Origin: Thalia democratica
Lineage: Eukaryota
Length of the DNA: 64,000 bases
NCBI GenBank assembly: GCA_965202585.1
Contig: OZ241826.1
Location: 62,248,001 to 62,312,000 of the forward strand
Reading direction: 5' to 3'
Shown: positions 27,001 through 42,000 of the stretch, piece by piece
Layout of the letters: every line of letters starts with the position of its first letter
Numbering within the stretch: position 1 is the stretch's first letter
Made by a program: the position numbers and the translations under genes
Notes under the pieces: model-generated
What the model was told of the DNA's origin: nothing
Seen by the model: the letters and a program-made list of their open reading frames with translations, nothing else
Databases searched by the model: none

Positions 27001-30000
27001 AATTAGTATGTTTTTTTAAATTATCTACAATACCCTTATAGATAAGTAGTTTTATCTTAAGCTTTTATTATTTAATGCAAAATCTAACAAAAAAGTGTTC
27101 TAAATATTTTTTTTGATAAATGATAAATACAAAGTACTTTATAAAGCATTTAATGTGTTGTGAACACAGTTTTCGAACTAAAAGTATAGAGTTAAAAGTA
27201 GTTCTAGAACATAAAGTATTTATTCCATAATGTATTTTGTTTTTAGACTGATTTTTAAATTTAAATAACTATACTTAGATAAATTGAAAGCTAATAATAA
27301 CCAAGTCATAAATTTCCATTTTCAAATAATATAGTTTTCTATTTTATCTCATGAAAAGTAGCACAAAATACCTACAAACAAACATAAGTCAGCGTCAAGG
27401 TATAAAATTTTACATAAAAAAATTGTTAGCATGTTTTTCAATTAAATTTCCAGCAAACAAATTTCTGTTTAAAAAACTGATATGTATTTGTGGCTTAAGT
27501 TCTTTTCGGAAATGCTATAAGTGATTTTACAATTTATTTTTACTAAAAGATAAAATTTAATTTCATAAACTTAAAATAAGTTGTTTGAAGGTAGTTTGCC
27601 TTTTTTTTCAGCAGATATTGCACAGTTTTGAATATTGTAATCTACTTGTAAAAATATTTGTTTTTAAAAACAATAAAAAAAGAATGTCTCAATTCTTTTA
27701 CAAAAACTAAAAACAACAGTTACAAAGATATTTTCTTTATTATTAAACATTTTCAATGCTTAACAATAAGATTCTATTTGAATAAGCAATGGAAATGTTT
27801 ATATAACAAATGAAAGATCTTTGTATATGTTTTTTTTGTTTTTGTAAAAGAATTGAGACAGTTTTTTATATGGTTTTTTAAGCCGGTTTTATTATTTTAT
27901 TTTCATCATACTGCTTTTTAAATTTAACGATCCAATGTTTATAGTTAAAAATTATTCTGAACACTGCAAATGATACATTACTAAAAACATTTAAAACAAG
28001 TTTTTACAGCTAATATAGTATAAATTGAACTTAGATGTTTTACGTGTTATTTAAAATGAGCTTTTAATAATAATTGTGCATATTATAAAACATCTCGGAG
28101 TTTAGGAGATCTACTATAGTTCATATTTACATACAATTGAGTATCTAGTTACAAGATGTAATATGATAAAAACTGAAGAGTTGACCTATGTTAAAAACTT
28201 TTGTAAAGCTGTAAGAGCTGTAAGGTAATCTTTTAAAGTATTAAAACTTAGTATAGTTCTTAATTTAAAATTATTTGCTTCTAGGTGGTTCAGCAGAGTT
28301 ACTGCAGGAAGTCGATAGCGAAAAAAATCTTCCTCTTCACCTTGCTATTGAGAATGGACACCTTTCAATGGTTGAGTTTTGCTTGCAACAAGCTGAAACT
28401 GCTGGTTTGTAATTAAACTTAATATTAAATTTATTAGTTCTTTTTAGTTTTAAAAAATATTAAGTTAATTTTTAGTGAAAGTTAGTTTGTTAAAATTGAA
28501 CGGTAAACATTCATTATTTTTTCAAGTAAAGTTGAGCTGAAATTAGAAGCTTTACTAACTCAGAATTTTTTTAGTTTTTCAAAAAAAAATTAAATAGTTT
28601 ATTTAAGATACAACCTAGGTAAATGTTTAAGTATGCTTACTAAATAAAAAATAAAACTGTGACATAAACTTGAGTAAGTAGATTAATCTTTTTTTGTATA
28701 ATTCTTTGTTTATTTATTAGATACTTTTTTTAAGCTAGTCTACAAGATCCGAATCTGTTTTCAATGTTTAGTATTAGCTAATTTAAAGTTTTAAGAAAAA
28801 ATTAGACTTTGTAAATAAATTACACTATGTATATAACATTTTTAATTCTTTCTACCTATTTATTATGTTCTAAAAAGCAACTAATATAAATCAGATAAGC
28901 AGTTTCTGGTTTATTGATTTTTTATTCAACCAACTTTGTTATCAAATAATGATAAAACTATTCATAAACTAGTTTATTAAGATAAAAACAACCACAAAAC
29001 TTATTATTATTTAAAAACTTTATGTAATTAAAATAAATAGTATGTCATGAAAAGAAGAAAGCAAATTACCAGTCATTTACAACCTTTAACTAATACGATT
29101 AAACAAAAATGCTAATAAAGTGGCAGCAGAAGATTTACCTTTTGATTTTCATTGAACATTTTTGTAACTTGTATATCAACAAAAAAAAATTATAATTTTT
29201 CTTACCTTTAAAATATAGATAAAATAAAATTGGTAAACTTGCTAATACTGTTGAGTTTTTTGTTGTGGGTGGTTAGCTTAGAGCTTTTTTTTTTTTTTGG
29301 CGAATTTTTGTTATAAAGTTAGTTTAGCAGTTGTATTAATATGAACGTTTTATTTCTACAAAAATAAACCCTGTCTCTTGCTCTTACCAATACTTTAAAA
29401 TCAATTTTCAGATCAATGTTTTAAAAGTTGAACTTAATTTAGAAAAATTTGTAAGTCAATAGTTTATAGTTTCCAAATTAATGATATAACTAATAGCTCA
29501 TATAGTTTTTACCTAGTAATCTAAATAGATAAAATGCTAATTTACAGGACTCGACAACTTGATTCTAAAGCAGCGCAGTGGAGGATTTTCTTGCCTCCAT
29601 TTGGCAGTGCAATCAAACAGCTTAGAAATAGTGAAACTACTTTTAGATAAAGGTTGTGATATCGATGTAAGAAATTTGCAGCTTGCAACTCCACTGTATC
29701 TTGCCTGTCAACTCAATTCTCATCCTATCATTAAACACCTGCTCGACAAGTAAGTTGATAACTTTACTCACTTTACAAGCTTTAGAATACTGATATTAAG
29801 AAAATTAATGAATATTATGACAAGCATGTGTTTATAAAATTTAAGAGCCACTTAATGGTAAAATAATTTCACTCATAAACTAAAATATTAATTTTTCTTT
29901 TACAAGAATTCAAAGTCTTTTGAAACTTATAACTGGAAAATGAGACTCTAGTTTAAAATTTTAATTTTTAGTTTTACCATAAACCTTATTAAGACAAACT

Positions 30001-33000
30001 AAGCTTTTACTATAACTTCAGACTATAAATATTTTTTCTAAGTAAAGCGCTATTAAATACTTTATCGTAGTTGAACTTATTTAAATAAAAAATTGTTCTT
30101 TAATAGTTTTTTTTTATAATGAAGATTTTTGTTTTAAAGTTCATATTTATTTATGTTTTAAAACGTTTTACTGTTGATTTTTAAATATCCTGAACAAGAC
30201 ATTAAACTTTATCAGTTGTGTATGACCAAAATGTTTTTTATTACACCAAGTCCCTAGAACAAACTTTTTGGGCACATATTTTGTCGTTTAAAAACAATTT
30301 AATTGTAGAGTCATATCTAAACATTATCAATACAATGATACAAACTTCACAATGATTTTGTCTGTTTTCAAGTACTAAAACATTTGTTACTTTTATTTTT
30401 AATAGTATTGAAACTTTCAAATAAACTAATACTATCTTTATATATGTTTTGAAATGCTTTAAAACTTTTAGTATAGTACAATTTGTTTAATATTTTGGAA
30501 CAAGAAAAACAGCTAACCTTATAAAACCTGCTTATGGAATTAATTAGTTAAGACAAATTAATTAAAACAAACTGATTTTTTTTTTTTAAATAAGTTCTGT
30601 AAATTGATTTTTATTCATGAAATAATTAATTTAATTATCAGAACAAAAAAGTTACAAAATAATTGTTATCACTAACAGTTGCTGATTGCTATAACTTTTA
30701 TATTTAGTCAAAAATAAATAGAAATTAATATAGAAATTAAATCGAAATTGACATAAATTGAAATATGTCAATAATAAAAACTATAGACCAACAAGATTAC
30801 AAACAGAAAAAAAAAACTATTGTTAAATTATTTTATACTACTGATATTTTACTAACTATACTAGGAAAGCAAACATTGAACTAAAAGATTCGGATTTTAC
30901 CACTCCACTGCATGTTGCAAGTAAACACGGTCACTTGGAAGCAATTTCATGGCTTTTGAAATTCAAATGCGACGTTACTGAGACCGATAAAGACGACAGG
31001 ACTTGTTTAATGTGGGCAGCAGATGAAAACCAAACTGAAGCCATAAAGGTTTTTTTTTAATAATTTTAATGTTTTTGTTGACAGTAAATATAAAGAAATA
31101 GTTGTAAAACCTTAAAAACACCTAGATAAAATACTAAAAGGAACTTACTTTTTATAAAAGCATTAGCTAAAATTTATCGTTTTTAAGAAAATGTATCTAC
31201 TAAACTATTCTTTAATATTGTATACTACTTGTACTAAATCAGTATGAAGTTAGAACTTTTTAGCCTGATTAGTGTCATTACAATTCAAGTTCTCATAAAA
31301 ATGGTATAATTTATCTATATTTAGTATTCATTTCACGTTTTAAAAACTAACCAAACATGAAATTAATTAAGCTATTTACTATTGAAGCAGATTTTTTTTT
31401 TTTTTTAATTTATACAAATGTTTAAACCTTACCTAAGATGTTTAATTATAGTTAGTAAAACATAGTTTAATAGTAAGTATTTTGTTTAACTGCATATATG
31501 TTTTTTTAAATATTAAAAAGTCACAAAATGTCTTTTAAAGATGTTGCTGCAAAAACCGAAAATCAGATTAATGATAGAAGAAAGAGATAAGTACAACAAC
31601 ACTGCTCTTCACTTAGCTGCTACTAAAGGACACACTAACACTGTTAAAGTAAGCATAATCTATAATTAGTTTTGTACACTAATAGTTTGTAATTAGACGT
31701 ATTTAGCATAACTTTTGCTTTCTAAGTTTGTGCTTTAACAATTTTTTTTGTTCTATAAAATTAATAATCTTAGTTTTAAGAATCGTGTTTTGTTTTTTTT
31801 TACTTGTTTTAAAATATAAAATCATTTGTGTATTTTGTGAATGTTGTGTTCAAATATTTTTTTTTTAATAATATCATATACTTTAGTTGTTTGTAAAAAT
31901 ACTAAACTCATCAAAAGCAAAAAAAAAGTTCTTAAGAATGAAATTAATTATAGCAAATATCGTGTAATTTAGGCATTTCTTTTTAAAGCCTACACTTCAG
32001 TAGACATGTAAATTATATTACAGGGGGTAAGAAGATTTTTTAAAATATTTTGCATTATTCTCGATAATTTATGATACTTATTTTAGTTTTAGAAAAATTT
32101 ATAATAAAGAGACAATTAAAACGTAGTAAAACGGTAAATTAAATACGTGTTATGATTTCTATTGGGCAGAAAAGTTTTATTTAATAATATGCTAGCAAAG
32201 TTTTTGAAAGTTCGGATATAACTGCTATAGAGCAGAGTTGCCATAACCAAGATTAGTTAAGGCTATTCGAACGCGGGTACTTTTATGCAATTTAAGAATG
32301 TTAGAAACAGTTATAAAAATTATTTTGATAGCACAAAATATACGTTTAACAACCGCAAGAATTAAGAAAACTTTAATCATGACAATTCTGTTCAAAATCA
32401 TCTAAATTGATTATGATAAATCTCCATCTACAAATAGTAAGTATGCTTAAAAGCACTGAATTAAGTATTTAAAAAAGTAATTAAACCTATATATACTTTT
32501 AAATATGTTTTCTAAAATAAAAGTTTTATATACCTTAATGTGAGTTTATTTTAGCAACAGTAACTTTCTATGTAAATATTTAACAAACATATCATTAAAA
32601 TCTATTAATTATTTATAAGTCCGGGGTTTGTAAAACTTTTGAAAAGTTAAATAACACGCAAAAATTTAAATAACTATTTGTTTCTACAATTCAGAATTTT
32701 GCTTTTAGTTACTGCTAGAGTTTCGGGCATCAGCCGACATGCGTAATGACGATGACCGGACCACATTGCATATGGCTTCTTTGAATGGTCATCATTCAGT
32801 AATTCCCGATCTGATCAGAAGAGATCGGTCCGTTATCAATGTCGGAGATGAGGAGAGCAATTCTGCACTTCACCTAGCATGCATTGGTGGAAACACTCAG
32901 TGTATACAAGTGTAAATTTGTTTTTTAGTTAAAATTAAAATATTTTTTGCAAGCTTTACTTTTTCCATACGTAATATAAAATGTAAGGAATTGATCTTAC

Positions 33001-36000
33001 TAAAAGAAGTAATAAGTTGTTTTTACAGTAATCTAGTTATTTAAAAACATTTTTATTAAAATATTTTTAAATTTAAAAGTTGTAAAAAAACTTAAATATA
33101 TTTCTATATTAACAAAACTGATATATTGATAACTTAGTTAATTCTTAAGTTAGACAATTTGAAAATATATAAGTTCTTGACTGTCCTGTCCTGGATAAGA
33201 CGTTAAAAGTGTATCCAAGTGTTGTGCGACTCGATAACCGAAAGGTTTTTTGTGCACCAGGACCTAGGACAACATATTTTTAACGTTTTTTTGTCGCTGA
33301 ATAAATGATATTAAATATAATCAGTCTCGAATACTCCAAGTTCAAATAGAATAATCTAATAAGGTTATTTTTGAAAAACAGTAAACTCTATTATATTTTT
33401 ATTTATTTTCTGAATCTAACACTACTCGAAATCAAACATATTTTTTTTAGATCGTAATAAAAAGTACTTTGCTTTTTTTTTTGAAACTTTTAATACAAAT
33501 TCAGTAAGTTCTTAAATTTTAGTTTAATACAACTTGGCGCAAATATTGAGCTTCGAAATGCTAAGCAGTGGACACCTCTAGACTGTGCTGCAGCATATGG
33601 GTGGGAAAAAGCAGCCAAAGTTTTACTTGAGGCAGGTGCTAGTGTACAACCTCGAGGAAAAATAAAGGTAAATTTGTTTAGATATTTTTTTTAATACCAC
33701 GTCAGAATAAAGCTATTATTGTGTTAACGCATAAAGGTTTTATAAAAAATAAAACTAGTACATACAACAACAAAAGCTGCTAACAAAAAAAAATAAATTT
33801 AAACTTTAAGGATAAATTACTACATAACCTTTACAGTTTTTGTAAATAGCGAAAACTCTAATTAAAGTCAAAAAGTAATCTTAACATAACTTTTCAATTC
33901 TTTTTTAAGGTATGTGCTCTGCATTTAGCAAGTCAGCGAGGTCATGTTGAGCTTATACAGCTTCTTCTGCAATGGAAGGCTGATGTTACTTTTCGTAGTG
34001 CTGACGGAAGAAACGCTCTTGACTTTGCTCTAGATCACTCACAACGTGATTGCGTTCACGCTTTAATTAAACATGAATCGTGGCAACTTTCTTTAAAAAA
34101 CGCAGTAAAGAATCCTATTACTGGTTTGTGAAGGATTTAAAGAAAGCTTTTGAAATGCGATTATAAAAAGACTTTCAAAAAAATTAAAAGTATTTTCTAT
34201 CTCTACCTCCTAAACTTTATTAAGTTATTATTATAGAACATTATATTAAGTTAGTTTTTTTTTACAAGTAACATATATTTATCAATTTAAACTATACTAC
34301 CGATAATTAAAAGTAAGCAAAAGCAAATAATTTATTTAATATGAAATTTCAGTGTTAGGGGTATAAACAGAGGTTCTATTTAAATATTTTTTCCTAAAAT
34401 AAACAATAAAAAATTTGAATTTTTATTTCTTGATTTTTACAGAGTCATAAGGTCAATCATAAACTAGATTATGAGTAAACACTGATACGACTTCAATTAC
34501 TAAAAATATATGTACCTGTCTAAATGTTAAATACATTCAAAGTTATTTAAAAAGCAAAACACTTTTTAACAAACTTTGAGAAGTTCTTGAAATATTTTTT
34601 TCTAATATGACATATTATAATTACAGTAAGGTTTAAAGTTTCTGTCAAACTTGTATGTACGTTAGGATACAACAATAAATTCATTTATTGAAAATATTCT
34701 TAAATTTTATTTAAGCTAGTCGGTTGCAAACATTTTAATAATGCCTAGTGAATTTTTCATCTTAAGGCATAATAACTACTCCAATGAGAAAAATGATAAA
34801 AAAGATGGAAGACATGGCAGAAGTAGTTTGCAACCAGTGCGTTACAGACAATGGGAAGAAACCTGAAGATGAAGATTTTGCTGTTAGTTTTTTAATAAAG
34901 CAGGCTATGCTGATTATTAAGAATTTTGTAAACAAGTTTTTTTATGTTTAGAAGTTTTACACCTTTATTAGTATTATACAACTTAATAAATAACTTTAAA
35001 TGTAGTAGTTTCATAAAACTCTATTACTGAATTGTCAGGCTTTAATAATAAAACTAAAAATTAAACGAAAAATAATTAAATTTAATAAATTAAGTTTGAA
35101 AAATTAATTATTAAGTTTAAATCAGAGTTGTTTCGATATAGAAAAATGTTGTCTATTTTTCTACTCTGTTGTATTTTTTAGATATTGCATAGCACAAAGT
35201 ATATATGTAGTTCGCTCAGTCTTAAAGTTATACTTATTAAAAACTAAACTGTTAAACTTAGTTTTTACTACACCCTGCTTAGCATTATGTATCAAGATAA
35301 AGCTGTATATAATAACTTTTAAAAAATAATAACTTAATGACAACTCAAAAAAATAAAGCAGTATATTTTTAAATTTAAATTTCAATATAATAAAATTTAT
35401 TATTTACTTTGATAAAATATAGATTAGCATTTCTTATAATTCAAATCAAATAACCTAAAGATTTTATGAAAAAAAATGTTAGTAAGACAATTATCATTAC
35501 AAATACTTATGTTATGTAAATAGAATTTTGTTCTTAGGTTTTTACTAAAAAAGGTACTTTTACTTTAGTAACTTATAAGAAAGTTATTAAATAGATAATT
35601 TAATATGGTCCTTGCTATACATTTAAAACTTTTTAAAATCTAATTTATTACAGAATAACTTTTTTTTTTGTACTCCTATTTTTGTAAAGTTTTTAAATAA
35701 ACTAATCTTTTTATGGTATTTGTATAGCTTTCTTTTATTTCTATTGTTTCAGCAAATTTAAATTCTGCCAACTAGAGCTGAAACATTAGTTTTTGTAATG
35801 TGTTGCATGTTTGTATAGTTTTATAAATCTTTCTAATTAACTTAAATAAGTTCATAGTTATCTTTGTATAGAAAATTTTAAAATGATTTTTTTAAGTCTA
35901 TAAGTTTTTATCTATCATCTGCTTATCATGTTGTGCTTATCATCTATTTTCAAACCATTCACTGCTTAAATCATTTTTCAGGTCTTAGTTCCAGTTTAAA

Positions 36001-39000
36001 GTAGAAACTTATCAAATAAATGTTTTGTAGTCGATTTTTTGTTTTTAAAAATAAATCCTTATAACTGACTGTTTCTTAATTTCGACAAAAGCGAACTAAC
36101 CCCACTGATCTTTAATTAATAACACTAAATTGCCCTCAACTACAGCGTTTAAAGACTTAGGTATATACAAATCTAAAAAATTTGAATAGTGCAAACATAC
36201 TAAATGTATTATATATAACAAATTCAACCACTACAATCCTACAAAATTATAAAAATGTTTTAATCTAACTCATTTACCACTCCGACGAAGTTATATATAC
36301 TATATATTAGTTCTAAGCTGGAGTTGAAAATTCCACTTAAGTCCCTAAATCATAATAAGATGTTTACAAAATTTAAGCGATACAACAAAAATTAACACGA
36401 TTAATATGCTACCGTTGCAACATATCTTGATAACATATTAAGAAAGATTGACTGAACTTGTTTTGAAGTCTCTGGGTTATAGAAGATCGGAATCTAATTT
36501 TTTTTTTTAGTTGTAAACAAACTCGTTTTTTTATTATATATAAATTTTTCTCAAAGTAATTATGCGTTATGAATAAGTTAAAATAAATATTATTTTAAAA
36601 CCGTTTTCAAAACGGCCAGTGGCAAATTTCTTTTTTTCATAGAGCAATGAATTTGTGAAACAAATTGTTTAATATATTAATCTTTGAAAACATAAAGTTA
36701 AAACTTTTTGCAAGAATAAAGTATTCAATAAAAAAATTACTTTTATAACGATTAAATACTACTAATATTTAAATCTGTTGTAGTTACTTTTTTCCTACGC
36801 TTCTCCCTAAAAAAAACTTTATTGTTTTGTCAACTTTTTTCAGTTTGTTCGTTTCAAATTTAAAACTTCTAAACCGTGTTGACTAGTTGACCTTAAAGTC
36901 TGTTATTACTAAATGTATTAAATATTTTTACGGTATCTTTATGAAATCTAATTACATTTAAATGTTATGTTAGCTTTTATGTACGGAGTTTTAATTTTAT
37001 TTCAATTTAAATATTTAAATATGTTGTGTGAGTACTTTTTCAATTTTTTGAGTGTTTTAAATTGTTTATTTTTTTATGTACCCTTTTTTTGTTGTGCTTT
37101 TTGTTTATGTTGCTCGGGTTCTGGTGTCTGAGTCCAACATTTGCAAAATAAACCACAAAAAATACTAAATAATTATATATGATTTTAATTCATATTGAAT
37201 ACCAACTTTCTTTATAAAAACATTAGAGTTTTCCGAACTAAGCAAATCTGCTAATTTCATAATTTGACAGTTTTTTTGAAAACTTAAAAATAAGTTTTAT
37301 TTGTAAATATGCTAAAAAATAAAGTTATTAGTAAACGTTTTCATATGTGAAGCTTTAAATATGCATAATTTTTTTAGGTAACGCTTTTATACGAGTTTTT
37401 TGATGATACATACGCTTGTAGCGAATGGATGGAAAAAATCGAAGCTTCAACAGCAACAACAAGACCTTCTAGTGGCAAAGATCACGTCATATCAGAAACA
37501 ACAGCGCTTTTAATGGAAGAAAACCCTTACACAGTTCATAATTACTTTTTAAACAAAACTTTAATATAGCGAATTGGGTTTAAACAAGTAAAAATTAGAG
37601 TTTTAAAATAGTTTGATTATCAACTTAGACCATTTCTAAAAAGTTTTAACCAAGTCGATTTATCTGATTAAAAAAATTACCAGGTTTATGACGAACATGA
37701 TGCCTTAACAAAAGAAGCTCATACATATGATAAAAACACAGACCATTTAAAAGACAACCATCCTCTTGCAATAATGGTAAGATTTTCTTTTAAGTTAGTT
37801 TACTTTAGTTTTAGTTTTATCTCCAACAATACTAAGTAAACAATACTTGTAACTTTTTTGTTAAAAATTTTACATTCAATAGTTAAGGGGCGTCAGTATT
37901 CCTGTGATGAAGTTCAAAGCGCTGGTTTTAGTAAAATAAAACAAGTATCAAATTATTATTATAACATTTTCATAATTGTATAGATAGTTTTCTACAAAAG
38001 TTTGCCAGTTTGAACTTTAATTCACAATTAACTAACAATTCAAATAATTATATGTTTTGTAAAGTTTTCTTTAAAAGTATCGAGTGAATTTTTTAAGCTT
38101 TAGATAAAAAGTGTGTTTGTTTTTTATTGTTGTATGGATTTATAAAAATACTATGTTATTGTTTGTTTAAATATTTGTTCAGTATTTTGTGACACTTGTA
38201 TTCTAATAGAATATTAAGAATGATGATAAGTCTGTGTAATCATAGGTTAATGCAAAATGTGAGAGATTGTTGGTACACCCGATAGTAACAGGTTTGCTTA
38301 ATTACAAGTGGAAAAGATTTGGTCGGTATGTGTATTATCTTTCATTATTGTTTTACACCACATTTGTGGTACTTTTAAATGTCTATATGATGTCTCTTCC
38401 TCCCTTTTATAAGATTGAATGGAACCAGCTGATAAGCTACAGAGAGATGCTAAGTGAGTATTTTTAGAAAACTTTAATTAATTATACTGAAATACATATT
38501 AAATACTTGGATGGGTTTAAACACTCATTATCTTAATTTTTTGATAATTTCAAATTTATATATTTGCTTACATTATAATTTTTTTTTATTTACACATATT
38601 AATTATAACAACAATATTAAATACTTCTTAGTGAACTTTTTTTTAATTTTTGAGGTTCAATATTAATTGTATTTTAGATAATCAATCATAAAAATTATAT
38701 AAGAACTTAATTGTTAATATCAAAAATTAAAAATAGAATTAATTAATAAACATCTTTAATAAGCATTACTAAAAATACTATTACATAAAGTTTTTTTTCA
38801 GATACTACAACCAACGAGTGAGTTATAATTTTTTTAATTTTAATATTTTAAAACTTTATACCAAAGTTAGCTATAAATGTTACAAACTAAAAAAGAAAAA
38901 TTGTCAAACTTTTTTTTTTTCAATTTTCTAGCAGGAGTCGCGAGGTACTTTTTAGCTGAAAACAATCTAAAAATAAAACGCTTCTGTTAAAAGATCCTTA

Positions 39001-42000
39001 CAAAGTCTTCCACACTCAAAGTAGTTTAAAATAATTGTATTTACATTATAAAAATACTCGTATAAACCACATTTTTGATAAGATAATCAATAAAACAGCA
39101 CTAGTAACTAGTATTTTATATATATAGAGCCTAAGCGTATTTTTATAATGTAACCACAATTGTTTTAAATTACTTTGAGTGTGGAAGACTTTTTTATTAA
39201 GTGCTGCGCGTGAGCAATTTTTACTAAGACATTTGACCCGCGACATGTAATAGGCTGCTGATTCCTGTTTTAATAATTCTATACAAAAAGTTTTTTTTTT
39301 TTAATTAAATGTTAGACTATTGAAAGTAAAAAGTTTATATATAGTAGTACAACAGTTTTAAGTTATTTGTAGACTATAAAAATCCCCATACTTTCACAAA
39401 ACGATAAACTAAGTAAACATTAACTTGTTAAACAATCACAAACAAGCTTATTGTAAACAAAGCATGGTCGATGTGTATTCTGATGTTATTGTTGAGTTAA
39501 AAGTTACTTTAGTCGTATCCTTGTAGAACTTTTAATAAAATTGACAGTTTGTTATTGATTCAAAAAACTTCTGTGAAATTTTCTATTAAAATATCGTAAT
39601 CTGAATTGTTTGCAAATGTTTTTTCTTTTAAAAACTGTCTTGAAATATGTGGTAATTCTTTTTATGCAAATAGAAAGCTGTTCAACGTTTCTAATAGCTT
39701 TGCGTGAAGAATTTCAAAACTTGAATGCTTTTTTAATATACTATGTTTGTATGTGTATTAAGTCAAGACTCAACATTATGTTCTTATTATCAGTTTACAC
39801 ATTGCATGCCTATTTCGATAAAACAATTGCTGTTAAGTTTTACTAGTTAAACTAAACTGTTTACTAAAATGATAGATTAAACTTTCTTAATTATTGTGTT
39901 ACAATGTTTTACTCGTAAAATATAGCTTATATATTATTGTTTCTTCTTTTGTTCAAAGATTAATGGCAACTAATAAAAGGTTAAACATTTATTTCTGTGT
40001 TAAAATTTACTTAATTAGTACTTAATGTCATACTTTTATTTGGTTAGTTCTAATGAAAATGAATTCAAGATAGGTAGTAGAAATCAATATTAAATAAATT
40101 ACTATAAAAGACAAACTTTGCAAGTACTAAATCAATACCTTAGTTGACAGCTAAAACAACCAAACTCTTAAAACAATCTAAATGAGTTTGTGAATTAAAA
40201 AAAACTAAGGTTTTTTTGTAATCTCTTTATCAAATAGTATAAAAATGCAAAAAATATAAAACAAGCAGTAAATACTTTATGCGTATATTATACTGACCTT
40301 AATAGTTTTTATGAGATTAATAAACATACAAATTTATAAGTTTTTCAATTTTTATAGGAAGGTTAATACTAGTTTGACGCTTAAGTTAATTTCTCGTGTA
40401 TATATTACTATTCGCAGTTTTTAGAAAAATAAGTCGAATGTTTTGCTTGAATATTAAGCTGTTTAATATAAAAGATAAGTTAAAATTAAAGTTTCGTAAT
40501 ATTTTACACACATGATAAAATAAGGTTATCTATTGAATACAAATGAAACAAACTAATACTTTAACTTTATATTTTATTATTTTATTTTTAATTAAATATT
40601 TTAGTACAGCATGTATATTTTACCGTTCTGAAGTGATAGAAAAACATCCTGATCTTATTGGATGTCAGATAATTCCAAACGTCATTCTAAACCTCAGAAT
40701 CGTTATTTTAGTATTCACAGTCATAAACTTACTAAGAGAGGTAAATTTATTTACTTAATTATAGTATAATTTAATAATCGGAAAGTTTTTAAATATAAAT
40801 AACATAAAAGTACTACTATAAGTACTAAAAATATTATTTCAATTTTAATCTTAAACATAAATATTTACTTTACAGTTTATTTTAAACTTTCTGAAAGCTT
40901 ATCATTAAATCATGATTTATCTGTACTAAAAATATTTTTTGTTACCCAATTAAATATTTTTTGTTTAAAAAAAGATTTTAAAGAAGAGTTTTTGTTATTG
41001 TTCTACTGGAATTTGAATCCTGTGTTAAAAAAGAGCAAGAGTCTTTTTTATTTTTAAAGAAAAAAGGGTCTACATTTAATAAAAATAACACTAACTTTAT
41101 AATAAAATTTTTCCTGAAAAAACGAGTAATCAATCAAGCATAAACAAACCAACAGTATCAAATATTTTTTAAATTTACTTGATGTGTATTGTAAAGGTTT
41201 GCAAACGTTTAAAAGTCGTTTTTCATTGCTTTAAAAGTTACAACATTTTTATGAAAAACCAAAAGAAACATTCTACTTGTATTTTGTTAACCAATTTTTT
41301 CTTTAATTTGATCAAATAAAACTTGTTGGTTGTTCAAATATAATAATTTAGCTTTCTCTAACCATTAAATACAATTTTTTTTTGTACTATTTTAAGTTTT
41401 AAAGATTTTTTTTATAACTAACTTTTGTTTGCTTTATTCATTTTACGAGTAATAGTACTTCGGTGATCGTCAGCAAAGCTGAGATCTTTTCACCATTATA
41501 TAAAAAGTATTAGTATACTTTATGAGTCAAAATGAGGACCAAACTAGAATGAAAATGTCGCATGAATAGTTATTGAGCACCTTACGGTGTAGTCTAGTGC
41601 TTATTATGCTGTTATGTTCTATACTCCGGTTGGAAAACTTTAGTCGACGGGACAGAGGTCTTTTGTACATAAAGAGGCGAGGTTATTGGACATAAACTTA
41701 AGTGGTCCTTTTACTTTTCTAAAATTCTACTGAAGTAGAGATTTTAGTTTTTTAAGCACCTAATTGTAACAATATAACAGGGGTCAGAAAATTACGACCT
41801 GCGAATGATATAGGTGCGGCCCGCGAGTATGACATTATATTAAATGTAAAACTGCGGCTCACAAACATGTAAAATTGGCTCGCAAAAGAAAATTTTGAGT
41901 CATTCACTTGATATTCTTGGGTTTGAAACTATGAGCAAAGCAAAAAGATATAAGTATAAATAACGAGAAGTTCAAAGCTTACACTAAACATTTTATGCCT

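Larger units (their letters stand above)
15060..34123 (+). other. Ankyrin-repeat domain of the TRPA1-like gene (exons 1-13)
   Basis: Repeat cores: TLHQVA, TIHYAT, TPLHFI, TPLHHA, SPLHLA, TPLHLV, LPLHLA, SCLHLA, TPLYLA, TPLHVA, TCLMWA, TALHLA, TTLHMA, SALHLA, TPLDCA, CALHLA, NALDFA. Confidence 0.9.

Noticed and set aside
41580-41645. Possible tRNA or tRNA-SINE head (GGTGTAGTCTAGTG...GTTCTATACTCC)
   Set aside because: A- and B-box-like words are too degenerate and no cloverleaf can be drawn.
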